From Minisyncoccota bacterium (lineage in GTDB: Bacteria > Patescibacteriota > Minisyncoccia > Phycocordibacterales > UBA918): a DNA stretch of 64,000 nucleotides. Made by a program: the position numbers and the translations under genes. Shown here piece by piece: positions 58,795-64,000 of the stretch. Within the stretch, counting starts at the first letter, position 1; the number at the start of each line of letters is the position of its first letter. The notes beneath the pieces were generated by a model that was not told the DNA's origin, did not search any database, and saw only the letters and a list, made by a program, of their open reading frames with translations. Location: positions 25,120 through 89,119 of the forward strand of contig JAWKSQ010000003.1 in NCBI GenBank assembly GCA_041389045.1, read 5' to 3'.

Positions 58795-60033
58795 TTATAA
58801 AACTAATAACTCCGGATTAAGGATAAGTAACCCTCCCAAAAGCAACATCAGAACACCGCCGATTAGTAGCGACCATTGGGCATACTTGCCACCATGAGCC
58901 TCCAGTCTTGAGAAGCCCCAAATAGCTAAACCAAATACAATCAAATCATCAAACATGTAGCCCAAGGTGTAAATCAATATATACCACTGACGCTCTAAGA
59001 AAACCAGGCCGTTGAGTTCAAGGATTTTGGTGTAGGCCTGAGGAATACCTATTGAACAAGCGAACTCAATTATATTGACTGAAAAAGCAATCACCAAAAT
59101 GGCAAAGATAGAAGCTACTGTCACTGGTGCCTCAATGATTTGTCTAAACTTATTAATAGTTTTGGACTGCGTCTCAATATCAGTAATATCACAGACCAGC
59201 TTGGCGTCTTTATTTTTACGCCATCGCCAGAGGAAAAATGTTCCTCCCCCAAGCGCTAAGAAACCAACGAGCGGAGTCACTATTTGATCGAGGGCCACAA
59301 AATCCCAAGTCTTGTACCAAACATTAAGAATCAGATTGTACATGACCGCTTCCGCCACCATAAAGATACCGGCCAAAAGAATCATTTTCTTCTTACTACC
59401 CGCTTGAGAAAGTAGTACTAGAAAAGTTACCAAGACCCACATCGCACAAGGATTAAAACCATCGATCACTCCCAAGATAACTGAAAGTGAAAAAAGTGAA
59501 AAAGAACGTAAGTCTACTACTCCAAAAAATGGTAGGTCAAAAAGTATTCCGGTCTCCCCTGCATCACACTCAATATCACTACAGCCGGCCCCAGCTTCGA
59601 CTGACTGAACTGGTGCATTTTCAATATGGCCTTCCAGTGACATCGGAGGATTCTCTATCACTCGCACAATGGCGGTTTTTATTTTCTCACCAGTGGTCCT
59701 TGGACCATTAAAACCAACAATCACTTCTTCACCAATAACAATAACCGGAGTAATTTTGGCAATACTGTGCTTCGCTGTTACTAAGTCATACAACCGCCTA
59801 GCCTCCGTGTCAGTGACAATATTCAAGTAAGAAAAAGGTATCTCCTCTGACTTTAGATAAGCGAAAGTCTCCTTACACACACCGCAGTCATCTCGCCCAA
59901 AAACATATACAGATGAAACTTCATTTGGACTAATGACTCGATCAGCACTTGTCTCATTTACCTCAGGAAATAGCGTGAAAGTAAATAAAAAAACACCGAA
60001 AGCTAGCCAACTAAACCAGAATGCCTTTTTCAT
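58795..60033 (-). CDS. membrane protein with N-terminal glutaredoxin-like CxxC domain and polytopic C-terminal domain bearing conserved Cys
   Basis: Signal/TM segment, then YVFGRDDCGVCKETFAYL (thioredoxin-fold CxxC), then a Cys pair GCSDIEC, then about 6 TM helices starting GFNPCAMWVLV. Confidence 0.45.
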   Translation of the reverse strand: MKKAFWFSWLAFGVFLFTFTLFPEVNETSADRVISPNEVSSVYVFGRDDCGVCKETFAYLKSEEIPFSYLNIVTDTEARRLYDLVTAKHSIAKITPVIVIGEEVIVGFNGPRTTGEKIKTAIVRVIENPPMSLEGHIENAPVQSVEAGAGCSDIECDAGETGILFDLPFFGVVDLRSFSLFSLSVILGVIDGFNPCAMWVLVTFLVLLSQAGSKKKMILLAGIFMVAEAVMYNLILNVWYKTWDFVALDQIVTPLVGFLALGGGTFFLWRWRKNKDAKLVCDITDIETQSKTINKFRQIIEAPVTVASIFAILVIAFSVNIIEFACSIGIPQAYTKILELNGLVFLERQWYILIYTLGYMFDDLIVFGLAIWGFSRLEAHGGKYAQWSLLIGGVLMLLLGGLLILNPELLVL

Positions 60034-60535
60034 AAGATGGCGACATTATAGCAGAGTGAGTCACGGCTGACGAAACAACACTTGGTACTGATTTACAATA
60101 GCTACAAGTGTGTTCAATAGTATATTTAGGAATTTGCGTTGGTAACATCCTGGTTACCACCTCTAATTTACGAAGTTCAATAACCCTATCTTTGTAGTCA
60201 GGTATTTGAGTTTCGACTAATTGCCAAAATCTTGAACCATGATTTAGTTCCTTTAAATGACAGAGCTCATGTACCACTATATAGTCACGCAAACAGGCAG
60301 GTAGAAATAACAACTTGTAGCTAAAATTCAGATTACCGTGAGCCGAGCAACTCCCCCAGCGACTTTTTTGATCTCTAATAGCCACCCGCTTAGGCTCAAC
60401 CTCACAAAACTTAGCCCAGTATGCTACCGAAGAAATGATAACCGCTCTAGCCTGTTCTTTATGTTTCAAGTAAATTGAATTTTTCGTTTTAGGTTTGGCT
60501 TTACGTTGCAAACGCCTTAGGTAGCCTCTTAACAT
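60011..60535 (-). CDS. YgjP-like (DUF45) metal-dependent hydrolase
   Basis: IVVHELCHLKELNHGSRFWQLVE, a HExxH zinc motif in the conserved DUF45 context. Confidence 0.7.
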   Translation of the reverse strand: MLRGYLRRLQRKAKPKTKNSIYLKHKEQARAVIISSVAYWAKFCEVEPKRVAIRDQKSRWGSCSAHGNLNFSYKLLFLPACLRDYIVVHELCHLKELNHGSRFWQLVETQIPDYKDRVIELRKLEVVTRMLPTQIPKYTIEHTCSYCKSVPSVVSSAVTHSAIMSPSYEKGILV

Positions 60536-60547
60536 TGGAATGAAGGC

Positions 60548-61783
60548 TTAGAATGAATGGTTCTTGTTTAAACAAGTCGGTACATAGTAGCGATCTTCAT
60601 CTACTTCCTGTGGAGTAACAAATGAAGTCATACTTTCAGCCGTCCCTTCATACTGAACATCCAAGCCATCAGAAAGATATTTTATGAAGTCTAGCACCAC
60701 GACCTTATCAGAAGCATAATAACAATCTGGCAAGCTACCCGAATAAGAATAATTCAATCTACTAACCCCTAGTAAGGTACGATTATTGGTCAAGAATTTT
60801 AATAACTTATCTTGAAATTGTGGCACCCTAGAAGTGAACGGTACTTGCTTAAAGAGATCAGTAATCGCTTTAACTATTTCTTCTTTTTTAACACCCGAAG
60901 CTGTGTTAGAAATCTTTGGTGTCTTTACAAACACTCTTCTACCATCACCATCATCCTCCAAATCAACATACTTATCCATGTCTGTACTCACATAAAATTC
61001 ATACCTGTATAAGTAGGTATCTAATTCATAAGTACCTGATTCCCTATGCTCACCAAACTCTTTGGCTAAAGACAACTTCAACGACTCGTCTTGATCAGAA
61101 AAAAATTCGATCGAACCTGACTTAAGTCCCGGTGACACCACCACTTTATTTACGATAGAATTTTCACCGAAAGCCTCAAAAGCGGCGTTCGCAGTAACGG
61201 AATTATGATGTATATAATTTATCCGGTTTGGATTTCGTGAAGTCAAAAACATCAAGTCTTCAATATCTTTACTCACTACATTGGTAGTACTAGACACCTC
61301 AGTGACTACCTCTTCTTTAACCAATCTAATCTTCCCTTCATAGGTAGCTTTTTCTGCTACTGAAGCAAACTTATATACATTTTCAATGGTAGTGGTAGAC
61401 GTAATTATTTCCACCTCCGCTGTATTAGTTGGAGCATCAAACTTCACAATCACTCTATTTATTTTTGCTTCCTTAGCTGACACTCGCCCGGACTCATCTA
61501 CTTCTTCTTCCTCTACCACCGTTCCTCTCATAGACTTCCTTAATGTCAAAATAGCATTACTCACCGCAATTAACTGACTCATTAAAACCAACCGTTCATC
61601 AGCAGTAATAGTCTCTGAACTCATAATGAAGTCACCAGCAATAATCAGATCCTTAGACAATTGCTCCAACTGTTCTTCTGCCTCGGTTTTAGCATAAGAC
61701 GTTCCCGGATACAGGGTGGCTGTAAATATAAACATCAAAATCAGTACCCCCACCACACTTCGTCTAAAAAATTGTTTCAGCAT
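60548..61783 (-). CDS. hypothetical secreted protein
   Basis: N-terminal signal/TM (VVGVLILMFIFTATLYPGTSYA). 411 aa. No family match. Confidence 0.4.
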   Translation of the reverse strand: MLKQFFRRSVVGVLILMFIFTATLYPGTSYAKTEAEEQLEQLSKDLIIAGDFIMSSETITADERLVLMSQLIAVSNAILTLRKSMRGTVVEEEEVDESGRVSAKEAKINRVIVKFDAPTNTAEVEIITSTTTIENVYKFASVAEKATYEGKIRLVKEEVVTEVSSTTNVVSKDIEDLMFLTSRNPNRINYIHHNSVTANAAFEAFGENSIVNKVVVSPGLKSGSIEFFSDQDESLKLSLAKEFGEHRESGTYELDTYLYRYEFYVSTDMDKYVDLEDDGDGRRVFVKTPKISNTASGVKKEEIVKAITDLFKQVPFTSRVPQFQDKLLKFLTNNRTLLGVSRLNYSYSGSLPDCYYASDKVVVLDFIKYLSDGLDVQYEGTAESMTSFVTPQEVDEDRYYVPTCLNKNHSF

Positions 61784-61861
61784 GAAATTGCCATTAAGTA
61801 TTGTTTGTTAATGACTATATTTTAGCACAAAGTAATTACCCCCAGAGTTGTGAGCGAGATA

Positions 61862-63559
61862 TTACTTTTTCTGTTTAGCTAAGTAATACGCCCGCATCAA
61901 CCTAATTACATGGTAGTCGTACTTACCTTCAGTATCTTCAAATAGTGGTTTAAGCTTCTCCGTACCGTTTTTCTCTATGACTGGCAGTAACTCAGCATAA
62001 ATCTTTTTCCAACCCTTGATTCCACCCATTAAAGTCCGTAGTTGATTTTCATCCACCTCACCGTCAGCGACCAAAGTCTCAATATGAGTAATGACCGTCG
62101 ACTCAGTAATCTCACGCGCGCGAGCAATTTCCTCAAGCAACATACCCTGCAAGATAAGCGCCCTGGTCTCAGCGTAAGTACTGGTCTTTTTAATTTTAGT
62201 GGTCAGGTCGACCTTAGTGGCCGTTTCCACTTCTTCAGCACTAGGAATCTTTCCCCCACCAGCTTTCACAAAGCGAAAGTGCATCTCCTCTAACTCCGCT
62301 TTATCCAAATTTAAAAAAGTCTCTTCAGCCAAACCAGACTCTTCCTCGAAACGTCCATTTTGTTTAATAATCTTTGGATCAACCATCAAAGCATTCGCAT
62401 TAATACCGAGAACCTTAAGCCCCGCCAGTGAGCGTACTCGAGACAAAGCCACATACCCCTGTCCATAAACAAACGACTTGGACAAGTCCACCTCGACGGC
62501 ATCGAGTGACATTCCCTGACTCTTGTGCACCGTAATCGCCCAAGCCAGGCGCAGTGGTACCTGCTCGATAGTAGCCAAAACTTTTCCATCTTCCACCATA
62601 TCCCAATTCACTGGCTCTATCGTGATGCGTCTTTTATCAGCTGTTTCGATGATCGGAAAACCCCCATCAGAAAATCCGACCACTCGCGCTAAAGTGCCGT
62701 TGACATACCCGGCTTCAAAGTTGTTTTGGTACACATCACCATGGCATCTTCCTTCAAAATTAAGTTAGCCGGCGAAAGACAGTTACGTGTCAATGCCTCG
62801 AGGAGTGGCTTACTACCTTTTCCTTTCATACTAAAAGTCTTGCCGAAGCCCGCTATCTCACTAAGCTTGCCGGAGTTAACCACATCAACATCAGCATTGT
62901 GCGTATAAAGCCTGGTCGGCTCTACATCTGGATAAGCAATGTCCACCTGTTCCGAAAGTAGTGTGTAGTGGTCTTCTTCGATTTCACCGCTACGAATAGA
63001 TTTAAGGAGACTAAGAAGTAGTTCATCTTCCTGCCTGAACTGCTCGGTCAAATAACAAATGAGTGGTCGCAAATGTTCCCAAGCCCGTGAGTCAAAAGTG
63101 TAGCGCATCATGTCCCCCTGCCTAGTCACTGGTGGTAACTGAAAGAAGTCACCCACACACACCACCTGCATACCACCAAATGGTTCAGCTGACTGCCGGA
63201 TAGTGCGACAGATGATATCTACCATATCGAACAACTTTCCATCCAGCATCGAGATTTCATCAATCACCAGTACGTGGGTTCGTTTGATTCTCTTTATCAA
63301 TCTCTTTAGTAGTTATCTGCTCCAGCTCAAATTTACTGAGAGTATCTCTAGCCCCGACTCCACTCCAAGAATGAATCGTCATCCCGCCAATATGTGTCGC
63401 TGCAATTCCGGTCGAAGCAGTTACCGCCACATTGAGACCAGCCGCTTCGAGCCAGTTGATGTACTTATTGATGACATAAGTTTTTCCCGAACCAGGTTCA
63501 CCAGTCAGAAATACATTCGCACCAGTTTTTAAAATTGCTAAAGCAGTTTCTTGTGTCAT
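61862..63559 (-). CDS. PIF1/RecD-like superfamily 1 helicase with C-terminal HTH domain, two frameshifts
   Basis: Walker A GEPGSGKT (63260-63559). Motifs [10 protein letters not shown] and [12 protein letters not shown] (62689-63300). The C-terminal barrel plus an HTH_40-like tail ([14 protein letters not shown]) is in 61862-62734. The three ORFs overlap in adjacent frames. Confidence 0.7.
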
Positions 63560-63608
63560 GTGGGAATAAGGGTAGCATATTTTTTCAAAGATAAGGTAAA
63601 ATTAAATT

Positions 63609-63984
63609 ATGCCAACCAGTTCTTCAATTTCTATTCCGATTAAAAACGCTACTACTAAAAAATTAGCCAAATCGCCAACCGTGAAAAAGGTCGCTCCAAC
63701 GAAGGTTAAAAGTAGCCACTAAAAAAGCCCCTCTAAAGAAGGCTTCTGCCAAAGCAACCAGCAAGAAACCTGCGCATGTTCACACTCCTACCCCAATCCA
63801 AAGCATCGCCAAAGCCAAAGAACTCGGTAAAATCATCAAACGCAATCCGCTTGGTCACTTACTAATAGAAAAGATGTTCCGCGAGGCTGGCTTCCGTGGT
63901 GGTATTTCCTCTGACAAAAAGTGCTCGAAAAGTACAGTACTGACGAGAGTATTTTCAGTATCCGTCCCCAAGTAGTTATCCAAC
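63609..63984 (+). CDS. lysine/alanine-rich (histone H1-like) putative DNA-binding protein, frameshift in an A6 run near 63722
   Basis: MPTSSSISIPIKNATTKKLAKSPTVKKVAPTKVK, then KKAPLKKASAKATSKKPA... in the adjacent frame, continuing to the stop at 63984. Confidence 0.3.
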
Positions 63985-64000
63985 CTAAAAGCCGGACTGA

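Noticed and set aside
1-64000. TGA recoding (code 25 or code 4)
   Set aside because: TGA is used as a genuine stop: mraY ends with TGA overlapping the ftsW ATG, and several frameshift junctions end on TGA. The proteins are full length with TGA as stop.
1-64000. CRISPR arrays, rRNA and tRNA genes
   Set aside because: There are no regularly spaced direct repeats apart from the two tag 5' copies. No tRNA-like T-arm (GGTTCGAATCC-type) motifs turned up in intergenic spacers. No rRNA-like segments.

Overview
This 64-kb window from a small, AT-rich (about 40% GC), gene-dense bacterial genome uses the standard genetic code. TGA terminates mraY and overlaps the ftsW ATG as ATGA, so it is not recoded. 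The gene content resembles a Patescibacteria/CPR-like or other reduced Gram-positive-type genome. Recognisable features are:
- the alaS gene;
- the infA-rpmJ-rpsM-rpsK-rpsD-rpoA-rplQ cluster followed by rplM-rpsI;
- a grpE-dnaK-dnaJ heat-shock operon behind a consensus sigma-70 promoter;
- a cell-wall block mraY-ftsW-murG plus a D-Ala-D-Ala carboxypeptidase, murI and an M23 peptidase;
- the aminoacyl-tRNA synthetases trpS, asnS (preceded by a T-box riboswitch), gltX and cysS;
- dnaB, recR, rmuC, truB, rplU, rpmA, rplI, scpAB, pgi and a ROK kinase.
The more unusual content is:
- a compact lipid-acylation cassette (Sfp-type PPTase, ACP and a GNAT-fold acyltransferase, divergent from a PlsC-like acyltransferase and an SGNH hydrolase);
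- a bacterial SET-domain protein next to a Cys-rich small membrane protein and an orphan sensor kinase;
- two GC-rich micro-islands, each carrying a near-consensus promoter, a strong Shine-Dalgarno site and a terminator around a small unknown ORF (23195-23403 on the minus strand; 56745-57089 on the plus strand, antisense to the 3' end of truB);
- a 1.2-kb non-coding stretch containing a NUDIX gene relic, a 20-bp perfect hairpin and an inverted-repeat-flanked AT-rich segment;
- a zinc-less ribosomal protein L36.
The contig has two quality regimes. Positions 1-15.6 kb have no interrupted genes. From 15.6 kb onward I count about 20 single-base frameshifts, almost all inside homopolymer runs, affecting dnaJ, eamA, the histidine kinase, trpS, tag, pepA, gltX, cysS, rmuC, a PIF1-like helicase and others. 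Most are probably sequencing or assembly artefacts. The tag gene looks like a genuine pseudogene. I found no rRNA, tRNA or CRISPR array.
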